Assembly (NCBI GenBank): GCA_965372795.1
Contig: CBDVDR010000002.1
Span: forward strand, 96,001 to 160,000
Direction of reading: 5' to 3'
Length of the DNA: 64,000 nucleotides
Origin: an uncultured bacterium
GTDB taxonomy: Bacteria > Zixibacteria > MSB-5A5 > GN15 > FEB-12
Part shown: positions 37,344 through 47,790 of the stretch, piece after piece
Layout of the letters: each line of letters begins with the position of its first letter
Numbering within the stretch: the stretch's first letter is position 1
Position numbers and translations under genes: made by a program
Notes under the pieces: generated by a model
What the model was told of the DNA's origin: nothing
Databases searched by the model: none
What the model saw: the letters and a program-made list of their open reading frames with translations, nothing else

Positions 37344-40277
37344 ATGATGAAACAACTTAATATCTCTTATTTGATAAAATCAATAATATTTGTTTTTGCC
37401 TTTTTGGTAGTTACCAATATAGGTATTGCCGAGGGGTTATCGCCCAATTTAGAAAAATTAGTTAATCAATATAATGAATCCGGTCGGGATTCTTTAATTG
37501 AGGTTGTTCTGTTTTTTGAAGATGATTATCGGATTCAAAAATTAGAAGAGATTTCATCCAATAAATTATTTTCCCGTTCCGATAGAATTGAAGCCGTCTT
37601 AGATGAACTTCAAACCAATCCGGTCTCGAAAATTTCACGAAATATCAAATCACTTAGCGCCAAGCCGGTTAAAGAGTATTGGATTGTGCCAGCCATGTCA
37701 ATGCAGATCAATCTTAGTCAGGTTGATTCGATTATGTCAATTGAAGAAGTTAATTCAATAGTTGAAAATGTTTATCTTGATTATATCGCTCCGGTTGAGA
37801 TGGAAGAAGTCAAGTCGGCGGCATCGCTGACGGCTTCGGTTACTGATCAATTGAAGCTTTTGAAGGTTCCGAGTTTATGGGCAAAGGGTGTTACCGGTAA
37901 AGGCAGTTTGATTTGTTCTTTTGATACCGGAGTTGAGGGAACCCACGAAGCCTTGCAATCAAAATGGCGCGGGAATAAGGCGACTTTGTCGGCGAGCTGG
38001 TTTTCAAAAGATACTCCTGATTCATTGCCCTCTGATAATATCGGTCATGGCACTCACACGATGGGAATTATGGTCGGTTCGACACCGACTGATAGTTTTG
38101 GCGTAGCACCGGGAGCCGAATGGATATCAGCCGGGGTTGTAGATCAGGGCAGAACCATGACGATGACGCTGGCTGATATTCTTGAAGCTTTCCAATGGGC
38201 TTTAAATCCGGATGGCAATACGAATACATTTGAAGATGTTCCTGATGTTATTTTAAATAGCTGGGGTGTGCCGAAAGGTTTGTTTGCGCCTTGTGATGAT
38301 AAGTTTAACGGTGTAATTGCCGCTTGTGAGGCAGCCGGAATCGTAACAATTTTTGCCGCCGGCAATGAAGGTCCTGACCCGATGAGTATGCGCTATCCGG
38401 CAGATTTAGCTATCAGCCCGCTAAATACATTTTCTGTCGGGGCGGTTGATAATTTTAAAGTCGTGGCAAATTTTTCAAGCCGGGGTCCTTCATCATGTGA
38501 CGAACGGTCGGTGAAACCTGAGGTGGTAGCTCCGGGGATGACTATCAGATCATCTTATAAAGGGGGCGGATATTTTATTATGAGCGGTTCTTCGATGGCG
38601 GCTCCTTATGTTGCCGGTATTGTTGCGCTGCTGCGTCAGTCTTATCCCAATGCTTCGGTTGAAGAGATCAAAAATGCTATTTTATATTCGGCGGAAGACC
38701 TGGGAGCAACCGGAGAAGATAATAATTACGGGTATGGTTTAGTTGATGCTGAAAAAGCGTTAGAGCTTCTTTCGGATCCTGATGAGTCAAACTTTGTGCT
38801 TTCATCCTTTAGTATTTTAAATAACGGTATCGCTCTTCCGGGTGAAACCTTTCAATTGCAACTTTCATTGCATAATCCAGCCGGAAATGTGGAACAGGTT
38901 TTTGGACATATCGCTACGGCTGAAACAAACGAGATTGAAATTTTGAATAATGATGTCGCTTTCTTTTTTGGAATTGGCGGAACGAACGCTTTGAGCAGTT
39001 CGGTATACAATATCAGCATCAGTGAAAATTTATATCACGGTCAGCAAGTTCAATTTGAATTGACGGTCAATAACCAGTTTGGTGAAATTATGAATACTCT
39101 TGGTTTTGAGATGACGGTCGGATTTATGCCTAAAGGTAAAAAGGGCGACCATGTAAATAAGGAAATTACGCTTACCGTTTCAGATTTTGGACAGTATGGT
39201 TTAGCCGCCGGATCAATTTATAATGCCAAGGGTGAAGGTTTAAAATATAACGGCAGTCAGAATCTTTTGTATGAAAGCGGAATTATTGTCGGTCGGGGGA
39301 TTGCTCAGATATCAAGTTCGGTTCGTGACAGCAACGCTTTGTTTGTACCCTCTGATTTTAAACCGGTGCGGGAATTAACTGATGGTAATTACGGAGTTGA
39401 CGGCGGGTTTCATCGGACAGCATCGTTTACCGATAACGGAAGTCCCCGTTCAGTGCCGATTATTATCAATCAGGAGACGATTCATTTTAACAATGGTTAT
39501 GATGACGGAATAGTAATTTTTAAATATTTTCTTAGGAATAGTCTGCTGGAAACATTGCATGATGTTTCGTTTGGATTCTTTGCCGATTTTGATCTACCCG
39601 GATTAGGGGAGAAGCTTGAGTTTAATAAAGATTTGAATCTGATTTATCAGAAGAACGCAAATGGGACAATCGTTGGTTTGGTCGGTTTAAATAATGTTAA
39701 AAACTTTACCGCTATTGAAAATTCTGATCCGACAATGGGTAAAACAGGCTTTACGGTATCAGAAAAATTAGATTTAATTATGAAGCAGGGTGTTGATGTT
39801 AATTCGAGCATAGTCGGGGATATGATGTTTTTGGCTTCGACCGAACCGTTTACTTTGAGTATGAATGATTCGATAGAAGTAACTTACGGGCTTCTAACGG
39901 GATCTTCGGTGAGTGAAATATTACAAAAAGCTTCGATTGCAATTTTGAAGTTTGGTCTTTTAACCGATGTTAATGAGAATATTCAGGAAGTTCTGCCATT
40001 TGACTTTGAACTGAACCAGAATTATCCCAATCCATTTAATCCGACAACGAGCATATCTTTTACAATTGCAAAATCAAGTGAAGTTGAACTGACCGTATTT
40101 AATATGCTTGGTCAGGAAGTGAAAAGCCTTCACACCGGATACCTTCAAAACGGCAATCATTCGATTGAATGGGATGGCACAAATAACGCCGGGATGGCTG
40201 TTTCATCGGGTGTTTATTTCTATCGTTTGTCGATGGCGGCCGGTTCTGAGACTAAAAAGATGGTTTTATTAAAGTAA
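37344..40277 (+). CDS. Secreted S8 protease (bacillopeptidase F-like) with FlgD-Ig/T9SS-like C-terminal domain
   Basis: FDTG / HGTHTMG / GSSMAAP; FSSRGP; QNYPNPFNP...KKMVLLK. Confidence 0.9.
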   Translation: MMKQLNISYLIKSIIFVFAFLVVTNIGIAEGLSPNLEKLVNQYNESGRDSLIEVVLFFEDDYRIQKLEEISSNKLFSRSDRIEAVLDELQTNPVSKISRNIKSLSAKPVKEYWIVPAMSMQINLSQVDSIMSIEEVNSIVENVYLDYIAPVEMEEVKSAASLTASVTDQLKLLKVPSLWAKGVTGKGSLICSFDTGVEGTHEALQSKWRGNKATLSASWFSKDTPDSLPSDNIGHGTHTMGIMVGSTPTDSFGVAPGAEWISAGVVDQGRTMTMTLADILEAFQWALNPDGNTNTFEDVPDVILNSWGVPKGLFAPCDDKFNGVIAACEAAGIVTIFAAGNEGPDPMSMRYPADLAISPLNTFSVGAVDNFKVVANFSSRGPSSCDERSVKPEVVAPGMTIRSSYKGGGYFIMSGSSMAAPYVAGIVALLRQSYPNASVEEIKNAILYSAEDLGATGEDNNYGYGLVDAEKALELLSDPDESNFVLSSFSILNNGIALPGETFQLQLSLHNPAGNVEQVFGHIATAETNEIEILNNDVAFFFGIGGTNALSSSVYNISISENLYHGQQVQFELTVNNQFGEIMNTLGFEMTVGFMPKGKKGDHVNKEITLTVSDFGQYGLAAGSIYNAKGEGLKYNGSQNLLYESGIIVGRGIAQISSSVRDSNALFVPSDFKPVRELTDGNYGVDGGFHRTASFTDNGSPRSVPIIINQETIHFNNGYDDGIVIFKYFLRNSLLETLHDVSFGFFADFDLPGLGEKLEFNKDLNLIYQKNANGTIVGLVGLNNVKNFTAIENSDPTMGKTGFTVSEKLDLIMKQGVDVNSSIVGDMMFLASTEPFTLSMNDSIEVTYGLLTGSSVSEILQKASIAILKFGLLTDVNENIQEVLPFDFELNQNYPNPFNPTTSISFTIAKSSEVELTVFNMLGQEVKSLHTGYLQNGNHSIEWDGTNNAGMAVSSGVYFYRLSMAAGSETKKMVLLK

Positions 40278-40327
40278 ATCTTTCATTTGGAACTTAAAGG
40301 AAAGTCATTTAGTTTAATATATAGAAG

Positions 40328-43120
40328 ATGGAAAACAAAAAACTAAAGATGAATCAGATCAACTCAATATATTTTACTCTCATCCTCACATTATTTATTA
40401 TTGGCAATACCGTTCAGGCGGTCGCACCATCGCCCGAGGTTCTTTCGGCGTGGGAGAAAAATGGGACGACTAAAGAGAATTTTGAGAAGTTAATGAAATA
40501 TAAAGAAATGGGGATGTGCGCTCCGGCTGAGAATTCTATATTTAACAAGAGTAAAGTTTCAAATCTGGCAACTGCCGGGGACGTTGATACAATTAATGTG
40601 CTTTTGTTATGTGTTGATTTTTCTGATCACGTATTTTTTTATTCAACGAATGGACAAACGGTTGTAGGACAGCCTTATCAATTTGATTCGGTTCTGTTTT
40701 CTAGAAAGTCTGATACAAAAAATAATCCTTCCGGTTCAATGACCGAATATTATCTCGAAAATTCTTATGGTAAATTATACATCAAAGGAAAATCTTCAAC
40801 CTGGCTTAGAATGCCTCAACCATACTCTTACTATGTCGGGGATGATAACGGAGTATCAAAAAGCAGAGAACTTGCCCGTCATGCAGTTGAAGAAGCCTTC
40901 GCACGGGGAGTTGTAAATTTTTCAGATTATGATTTGAATAATGATGGTGAGCTTGACGGTTTGATAATTGTTCATGCCGGACCGGGGGAAGAAGCTGATT
41001 CGGAGTCTGCCTATGAGGCGATCTGGTCGCATCGGTGGGTGATGGATTCGGCGGTGACCTATGATGGGGTACGGATGTTTGATTATATCACGGTACCGGA
41101 AGAGAGTAATGGCACCGTTTCACCAATCGGAGTGGTTTGTCATGAGTTCGGGCATTTACTTGGACTGATTGATTTATATGATACCAGTCCGGTCGAGCAA
41201 CCATCCTCCGGGTTAGGAAACTGGTCGTTGATGGCAAGCGGCAGTTATAACGGACATTCAAAAATACCATCGCACCTTGACGCCTGGAGTAAAATCAAAG
41301 CCGGTTTTGTCGTGCCGATAGAGATAACCAACAATTTATATCAACAGGAAATTCCTCGGGTAGAAGAGCTTCCGATCATATTCAAATTAGCCAACAACTC
41401 AATTACTTCGACTGAATACTGGCTGGTGGAAAATCGCCAGAAAGAAAAATTTGACTGGGCAATCCCCGGTGAAGGGCTATGCATCTATCATATTGATGAA
41501 AGCGTTGCCAATAATAACAACCCGAATCGTTTTCGAGTTGCGCTTGAGCAGCCGGATGGCAGGAATGAACTGGCTTTTGTCTTTAATGAATTAGGTGACT
41601 GGGGCGATGTCTGGCCAGATTCGGGCAGGGTAAATTTTCACGATCTTACGATTCCATCATCGCGCACCAATAGTTTTGTGACGACCGGTTTCGGGGTGTG
41701 GAATATATCTGATGAAGATTCGCTGATGTATGCTGATTTGGATGTTGGGTTTTCCCGTCCGTGGGTTGAACTTGACCGCGTTAATCCGGCTGAGGTATAT
41801 ACTTTTTATAATAACCGCGTGAACGATTTAATTGAACCGGGGGATACGGTAACGATTTATATTCGCGCCAAGAATTTTATGCGGACAACATATAACGCTA
41901 CCGCCACCATGAGCAGTAACCGCAATGATCTGACCTTTTTGAATAATACCGGTTTGCTGGCAACGGCTTTTGATAATTCACAATATTACCGGTCAGTGAT
42001 TAATCCGATTAAGTTTATTGTGGATGATTCGATTCGCCCGGCAATTGATTCTTTTTATGTGACGATTGTATCTGATTCGCTGGCTGATGGAAGTGGTGCG
42101 AAGTATACGAATGAGTTTGCCTTTACATTGCAGTTAGGGAAAACTTCGGTTCTGATTGTGGATGATGATGACGGGGAAGATTACGATACTGTTTATACCT
42201 CAAGTTTGTCACGAATAAAAATTGCTCATGATAAAATCGAAAGTTCGGCTACACTGAGTATTGAGGATCTTATGGGATACTCGATAGTTTTCTGGCATAC
42301 CGGAGACAGTTCTTCTGATGGGATTTCTTCAGCTGAGATGGATGTAATAAAACAGTATTTGGATAGCAGCAACGGTTCGCTGTTTATGTCGAGTCGTACA
42401 ATTGTTGAGGATGTCAGGAATGTTGATCCGTTCTTTTTATCAAATTATTTCCGGTGTACGGCGGCTAATGATAGTATTAATACTATTCCAATTACAACCG
42501 GAACAACAGTTGGGAACCTTTGGGAAGATTTAAGTTTTTTCGTTCAAGTTCCTAAATTTGAATATACACAGCTGATAGAACCGCTCTTTCCGGGGGAAGC
42601 GATATTTGCGCATGATTTTAACCCGGGAGCCAATAGTCCGATCTGCGGGGTGTCTTATTCGGGTGCTTTTAAGTCAATACTTATGACTATGCCGGTCGAG
42701 TATTTTGATAATGAAAATGTCAACTCAACGCCTACTGATTCGCTGTTTTCACGGGTGATTCAATATTTCGGGATGGGTTTTGTGACAGATGTTATTGAAC
42801 AGGATAATCGGCAAGGACTTCCGATCTCATTCAGTTTAAAACAGAACTATCCTAATCCTTTTAATCCTGAAACCACGATCAGATTTACAATAGATAACAG
42901 CTCGGGCAGTAAGAATAGTGTAAAAACTCAACTACATATCTACAATTCCATCGGTCAAAGAGTGAAAACATTGGTCGATGATTATATTTCAGCCGGTTTT
43001 TATCAAATTAATTGGGATGGGACCTCTACAAATGGCTACAAAGTAGCATCGGGGGTCTATCTGTATCAATTAATTAGGGGTAAACAGTCGGATAGTAGAA
43101 AAATGATCCTTTTGAAATAG
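40328..43120 (+). CDS. M6-family (immune inhibitor A-like) metalloprotease with FlgD-Ig/T9SS-like C-terminal domain
   Basis: IVHAG.G; IWSH; HEFGHLLGLIDLYD; WSLMASGS; EYWLVENRQ; QNYPNPFNP. Confidence 0.9.
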   Translation: MENKKLKMNQINSIYFTLILTLFIIGNTVQAVAPSPEVLSAWEKNGTTKENFEKLMKYKEMGMCAPAENSIFNKSKVSNLATAGDVDTINVLLLCVDFSDHVFFYSTNGQTVVGQPYQFDSVLFSRKSDTKNNPSGSMTEYYLENSYGKLYIKGKSSTWLRMPQPYSYYVGDDNGVSKSRELARHAVEEAFARGVVNFSDYDLNNDGELDGLIIVHAGPGEEADSESAYEAIWSHRWVMDSAVTYDGVRMFDYITVPEESNGTVSPIGVVCHEFGHLLGLIDLYDTSPVEQPSSGLGNWSLMASGSYNGHSKIPSHLDAWSKIKAGFVVPIEITNNLYQQEIPRVEELPIIFKLANNSITSTEYWLVENRQKEKFDWAIPGEGLCIYHIDESVANNNNPNRFRVALEQPDGRNELAFVFNELGDWGDVWPDSGRVNFHDLTIPSSRTNSFVTTGFGVWNISDEDSLMYADLDVGFSRPWVELDRVNPAEVYTFYNNRVNDLIEPGDTVTIYIRAKNFMRTTYNATATMSSNRNDLTFLNNTGLLATAFDNSQYYRSVINPIKFIVDDSIRPAIDSFYVTIVSDSLADGSGAKYTNEFAFTLQLGKTSVLIVDDDDGEDYDTVYTSSLSRIKIAHDKIESSATLSIEDLMGYSIVFWHTGDSSSDGISSAEMDVIKQYLDSSNGSLFMSSRTIVEDVRNVDPFFLSNYFRCTAANDSINTIPITTGTTVGNLWEDLSFFVQVPKFEYTQLIEPLFPGEAIFAHDFNPGANSPICGVSYSGAFKSILMTMPVEYFDNENVNSTPTDSLFSRVIQYFGMGFVTDVIEQDNRQGLPISFSLKQNYPNPFNPETTIRFTIDNSSGSKNSVKTQLHIYNSIGQRVKTLVDDYISAGFYQINWDGTSTNGYKVASGVYLYQLIRGKQSDSRKMILLK

Positions 43121-43148
43121 GCCTCCGCAACCTATTTATCCTTGATAG

Positions 43149-43173
43149 AAAAGCCGCCCTTTGGGCGGCTTTT
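43149..43173 (+). terminator. Rho-independent terminator
   Basis: AAAAGCCGCCC-ttt-GGGCGGCTTTT. Confidence 0.8.
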
Positions 43174-43235
43174 GTCGTTGTAGGACAGCAGGTTATGATT
43201 TGTGAAAAAAATAACAAATAATTGTTAAAAAAGCC

Positions 43236-43287
43236 TTGACAATACCGATAATATAGTTATCATTGAAATTGAAAATCGTTTTCAATT
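43236..43287 (+). promoter_or_regulatory. Sigma70 promoter with Fur-box operator
   Basis: TTGACA-N16-TATCAT followed by palindrome AATTGAAAA-tcg-TTTTCAATT (43267-43287) over the expected start site. Confidence 0.75.
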
Positions 43288-43309
43288 AGCTTTTAGGAGC
43301 GGAAAAGGC

Positions 43310-43828
43310 ATGAAAGAGTTTTTAAGAACAAAAGGATTTAAGATGACTCCCCAGCGGGAGTTAATTTTTCGATCTTTCTTTGAATTGGACAAACATTGTT
43401 CGGTCGAAGAGCTTTACGAGATCGTAAAGGACAAGGATCGCTCAATCGGTTACAGCACGGTCTGGAGAAATTTGAAACTTATCTGCCGTGTCGGACTAGC
43501 CCAGGAAGTAAACATTGGAGATGGAATTACCCGCTTTGACCGACTTTCGAAAGTTCCACATGGGCATCTTTACTGTTTGAATTGTAAAGAAGTGATTGAG
43601 TTTAATGTTGATCAGATTATTGGAATACTGGCTCAGACAGCTGTTGATAATAACTTCACCAATAAAGGCTTTAAAGTAGAAGTCCAGGGATTTTGTCAGA
43701 ATTGCAATGATGAAAGTGAGAAGAAGGCTGTTCCTTCTGAATCTGAAGGGGACAGTCAAACAATTGCATCTCCTCCGAGTGATTCATCTGATGGCAATGG
43801 GGATAGCAACGTAGAAGGAAATAATTAA
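43310..43828 (+). CDS. fur: Fur-family transcriptional repressor
   Basis: TPQRE, H.S.EEL, STVWRNL, HGHLYCLNC, G.CQNC; upstream of feoAB. Confidence 0.88.
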   Translation: MKEFLRTKGFKMTPQRELIFRSFFELDKHCSVEELYEIVKDKDRSIGYSTVWRNLKLICRVGLAQEVNIGDGITRFDRLSKVPHGHLYCLNCKEVIEFNVDQIIGILAQTAVDNNFTNKGFKVEVQGFCQNCNDESEKKAVPSESEGDSQTIASPPSDSSDGNGDSNVEGNN

Positions 43829-43846
43829 AATTTTAGGAATACAGCT

Positions 43847-44083
43847 ATGACACCACTGAACAAAATGATCCCGGGCCAAAAAGGTAAAGTCGTTGGTTTT
43901 GACGATGACTCTCCGGTTTCACGTCGATTAATGGAGATGGGGGTTGTACCCGGTCGTCCGATTAAATATGTCAGACGGGCTCCTTTGAGAGACCCGATGG
44001 TTGTGCAAGTTGGTAATTGTTGTTTGTCATTGAGACACTCTGAAGCTTCCTTAGTACAAATAGAAGTGGATGATAACTGCTGA
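43847..44083 (+). CDS. feoA: Ferrous iron transport protein A
   Basis: RRLMEMGVVPG...APLRDP...LSLR..EA. Confidence 0.93.
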   Translation: MTPLNKMIPGQKGKVVGFDDDSPVSRRLMEMGVVPGRPIKYVRRAPLRDPMVVQVGNCCLSLRHSEASLVQIEVDDNC

Positions 44084-44093
44084 AAATTGAATC

Positions 44094-46511
44094 ATGACTG
44101 ATGCCATTAAAAAGGGTACGAGTAAAGTATCAGGAATGGTCGCAATTTGCGGCAATCCCAATTGTGGTAAGACAACAATTTTTAACGCCATTACCGGCTT
44201 GTCGCAGAAGGTTGGTAATTATTCCGGTGTGACCGTTGAGCGGGTATCCGGTCAATTCTCCTTAGATAACAATTCTTCAAAAATTACAATTGTAGATGTT
44301 CCGGGAACATATTCGTTGTCGGCTTTTTCTCCCGATGAATATATCGCCGCCTCGGCATTATATGGCGGTATTGAGGGTGAGAACCGACCGGATATGATTG
44401 TCTGTGTGCTTGATGCCACCAATCTTGATCGATCTTTATATTTGATCTTACAGGTTCTCCAGACCGGGATTCCTATTATAGTTGTTTTGAATATGGTGGA
44501 TATTTCCAAACGCAAAGGGATAGATATTGATCCTGAGCGACTTTCTGAATGTTTGGGCGGGGTAACGGTTCTTCCTGTGGTTGGAAATCAGGGTAAGGGC
44601 ATTGAACGGCTAAAACTTGAAATCAGCAATTTACTTGAGACTCCATTTAAACCGGCTATTCCAGAGTATGAAGAAGTATTTGAGAATCTAATCAGAGATT
44701 TCCAGGAGATTAAAACCGAACGAGTGCGTACCCGGGCGGAACTTATCAGGGTCTTGTTAGATATTGACGGACCGGCTGAACAAAAATTTATTGCTGATTC
44801 AAATATTAGTAATCTAAAAGAAAAAATTGAAGTTTCCCGGAAAATGCTAAAAGAGAAACATCGGGCTTTATCATCAGCTGAAACAGTTATGCTGACTGAC
44901 CGAGCAATGGAAATTTCGAATTGTTCTGTCTCGTTACCAAAAGAGAGACCCAGAAGTAAATCTGAATTTATAGATCGTTTTTTACTGAATCCAATTTTAG
45001 GACCAGTAATTTTACTTGGAGTGATGGTTTTAGTCTTCCAGTCAATTTTCAGCTGGTCGGCTCCGTTTATGAATCTTATTGATGGTTCGTTTGGATCGTT
45101 GTCTGCTTATGTAGAATCGCTTATGGTTGAAGGTCCCTTGCGGTCTTTATTGACTGATGGCATCATCGGGGGCGTTGGATCGGTATTAATATTTCTACCG
45201 CAAATTATAATTTTGTTTTTGTTTATATCGTTTTTGGAAGATTCGGGTTATATGGCAAGGGCTGCATTTTTAGTCGATAGAATGTTTCGGTGGTGCGGTC
45301 TTTCGGGCAAATCATTTATTCCGCTGTTATCATCGTTTGCCTGTGCGGTTCCGGGGATAATGGCAACCCGTACCATTGAGGATAAAAAATTACGCACGAT
45401 CACAATTTTGGTCGCACCTTTGATGTCCTGTTCAGCCAGACTGCCGGTGTATACAATTTTGATTGCTGCATTTATACCATACAAGCCGGTTATTGGAATA
45501 ATTAATTTACAAGGACTGGTGCTGACATTTCTTTATCTGGCGGGGATACTGGTTGCGGTGGCGGTAGCGTTTGTCTTGAATAAAACGTTTCTCAAGGCGG
45601 AGCAGGGTACTTTTTTGATGGAACTGCCCAGTTATAAAATGCCAACTTTTAAAGCAACTTTCATTATGGTTTATTCGCGCGCAAAAACATTTGTGATCCG
45701 AGCCGGAACAGTGATTATGGCGATAACTATTATAATCTGGGCGTTGAGTTATTTTCCGCGGTCGGATTTTATTGCAACCCAATACAGCCGTCAGATTGAA
45801 TATCAGGAAAACCTGTATGAATCGAGACGCACCGAAATTAATGGCTCCTTAATTGGATATTCGGAATTTCAGACTCAAAATATAGACTGGTATGATAATA
45901 TTATTTTGCAGATAAGCGAGTCGGAGGATGAAGCGAGTCTGGTTGATGTGCGCGATGAAAATCCTCAGACTGATCCTGATAAAGCGCAAGTCATGGAATT
46001 GCTTTTGAACCGAAAATTATTCGAATTGACTTATGATTCCAAGATGCAGGTTTTGTATAACGAAAGAGCTTCAGATAATTTAGCTAATTCCTATTTTGGT
46101 CAACTTGGTCGGTTTGTGGAGCCGGTGTTTGCACCGTTGGGATGGGACTGGAAAATTACGATGGCAGTATTAGCCTCGTTCCCCGCTCGTGAAGTTATTA
46201 TTGCAACGCTGGGGACGATTTATAATCTGGGCAGTGATGTTGATGCGGAGTCATCTTCTTTGGTAGATAAAATGCAAGCGGCAACATACACCCATGGCGA
46301 GAAGGTTGGGGAGAAAGTTTTCACTCCGGCGGTGGCGATGTCGATAATGATATTTTTTGCGCTGTGTTGTCAATGCGGGGCGACCCTGGTTACGATTAAA
46401 GCGGAAACCAGCCGGTGGATTTATGCGGTTGGAACATTTTTATATATGACGGTGTTGGCTTATGCGATGGCATTTGTTGTTTTTCAAGTACTAACTAAGA
46501 TGGGATACTGA
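44094..46511 (+). CDS. feoB: Ferrous iron transport protein B
   Basis: GNPNCGKTT, VGNYSGVT, DVPG, NMVD, LEDSGYMAR, MSCSARLP. Confidence 0.96.
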   Translation: MTDAIKKGTSKVSGMVAICGNPNCGKTTIFNAITGLSQKVGNYSGVTVERVSGQFSLDNNSSKITIVDVPGTYSLSAFSPDEYIAASALYGGIEGENRPDMIVCVLDATNLDRSLYLILQVLQTGIPIIVVLNMVDISKRKGIDIDPERLSECLGGVTVLPVVGNQGKGIERLKLEISNLLETPFKPAIPEYEEVFENLIRDFQEIKTERVRTRAELIRVLLDIDGPAEQKFIADSNISNLKEKIEVSRKMLKEKHRALSSAETVMLTDRAMEISNCSVSLPKERPRSKSEFIDRFLLNPILGPVILLGVMVLVFQSIFSWSAPFMNLIDGSFGSLSAYVESLMVEGPLRSLLTDGIIGGVGSVLIFLPQIIILFLFISFLEDSGYMARAAFLVDRMFRWCGLSGKSFIPLLSSFACAVPGIMATRTIEDKKLRTITILVAPLMSCSARLPVYTILIAAFIPYKPVIGIINLQGLVLTFLYLAGILVAVAVAFVLNKTFLKAEQGTFLMELPSYKMPTFKATFIMVYSRAKTFVIRAGTVIMAITIIIWALSYFPRSDFIATQYSRQIEYQENLYESRRTEINGSLIGYSEFQTQNIDWYDNIILQISESEDEASLVDVRDENPQTDPDKAQVMELLLNRKLFELTYDSKMQVLYNERASDNLANSYFGQLGRFVEPVFAPLGWDWKITMAVLASFPAREVIIATLGTIYNLGSDVDAESSSLVDKMQAATYTHGEKVGEKVFTPAVAMSIMIFFALCCQCGATLVTIKAETSRWIYAVGTFLYMTVLAYAMAFVVFQVLTKMGY

Positions 46512-46669
46512 TGGATATTTTCTGGCAGAATTTTATTATTATTTTTGCAATGATAGGGGCATCGTTGTATTTGGTTTATAATTTTACCGTTGGGAAGAAA
46601 AAGAAACCGTCATGCAGTAATTGTCCGGCGGTTAAAGCGATGGGTCAAAGAAAACCAGTTAGAAAATAA
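46511..46669 (+). CDS. FeoB-associated Cys-containing small membrane protein (52 aa; absent from the ORF track)
   Basis: MDIFWQNFIIIFAMIGASLYLVYNFTVGKKKKPSCSNCPAVKAMGQRKPVRK; TGATG coupling to feoB. Confidence 0.75.
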   Translation: MDIFWQNFIIIFAMIGASLYLVYNFTVGKKKKPSCSNCPAVKAMGQRKPVRK

Positions 46670-46673
46670 AGCT

Positions 46674-46890
46674 CACACTTCGTGTGATTTTCTCTGGCGA
46701 AATTCTAACATTCGGAACTCCACTTATTAAGATGTCAGGAGCGCAGTGCTTTTGACCTACTCGAACTAATCCTTTCTTATTCAAGAATTATATTTGAGAG
46801 AGTTGTCTGTATAGATCAGGTCTCCAAGAGAAGAGAGACCTGACCTACGAGAGGTTAGTTTTTTGGTAGGGTACAGGTTTCTTGTACCCC
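46674..46890. repeat. REP-like hairpin cluster
   Basis: CACACTTCGTGTG (46674); GTCAGGAGCGCAGTGCTTTTGACCTAC; TCAGGTCTCCAAGAGAAGAGAGACCTGACCTAC; GTAGGGTACAGG...TGTACCC; homologous to 8850-8903 and 61170-61245. Confidence 0.8.
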
Positions 46891-46984
46891 TTTTTTTGTT
46901 CAAGCTTATAAACAGAAACAAAAATAAAGCTCTGTTTGACTCTAAAATTATAACCCTGTATATTGGTGGAAAAGAGGGAGTTTG

Positions 46985-47788
46985 ATGGTACAGGTTTCAC
47001 CAATAATACTCGGTCAATACCGTCCAATTGATACATTTCTACATCGGTTAGATACCCGTTCTAAAATGGTTCCGGTATTAGTCACGCTTGTGCTTTCCCT
47101 ATTTAGTAATTCCCTGACCTTCTATCTGTCCTGTTTGGCGATCCTTGGGGCAGGACTGTTCAGCAGCGGAGTTAGTGTGGTGACATTATGGCGAAATTTG
47201 AGACCGATCTTGATTTTGATTTCGATAACCTCGGCGTTCCATCTCTTTTTTTCAGGGCATGATTCAAAAACATTAGTTAATGTCTGGGGAATAAAAATTA
47301 GTGAGACCGGATTTTATAATGCGGGGTTTTATTCATTACGGCTGGTGGTTTTTATCGGGATAGCCTTTTTAGTAACGCTGACATCCTCGCCTTCTGATTT
47401 AGCCGAATCGTTTGTTAAGATTTTCAGACCACTTAGGAAGTTAAAAGTTCCGATTGATGATATGGCGATGATCGTTTTTATTGCTCTACGGTTTATTCCG
47501 GTTTTGTTTGAGGAATTTCAGGCAATCAGGAATGCTCAAATTATCAGGGGCGTGAATTTTAAAGGAAGTATGGTTAATCGGATTAAGAAAACAGCTTACA
47601 TATTAATTCCTGTTCTGCTGGCGGCAATTCAACGGGCTGATGATCTGGCTTTGGCGATTGCAGTGCGGGGTTATCGGTCATCGAATGACAGGACATTTTA
47701 CAGCCGGTTAAAATTTGCTTTGCCGGAATGGATGTTTATGATGGGCGGGTCGGCAATTATTATTATGTTGTTTGTTTATACAGGATAG
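46985..47788 (+). CDS. ecfT: ECF transporter transmembrane component T
   Basis: GQY.P....LHRLD.R.K; IALRFIP; AQ..RG; LA.A...RGY; promoter TTGACT-N17-TATATT at 46936-46964. Confidence 0.88.
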   Translation: MVQVSPIILGQYRPIDTFLHRLDTRSKMVPVLVTLVLSLFSNSLTFYLSCLAILGAGLFSSGVSVVTLWRNLRPILILISITSAFHLFFSGHDSKTLVNVWGIKISETGFYNAGFYSLRLVVFIGIAFLVTLTSSPSDLAESFVKIFRPLRKLKVPIDDMAMIVFIALRFIPVLFEEFQAIRNAQIIRGVNFKGSMVNRIKKTAYILIPVLLAAIQRADDLALAIAVRGYRSSNDRTFYSRLKFALPEWMFMMGGSAIIIMLFVYTG

Positions 47789-47790
47789 CG

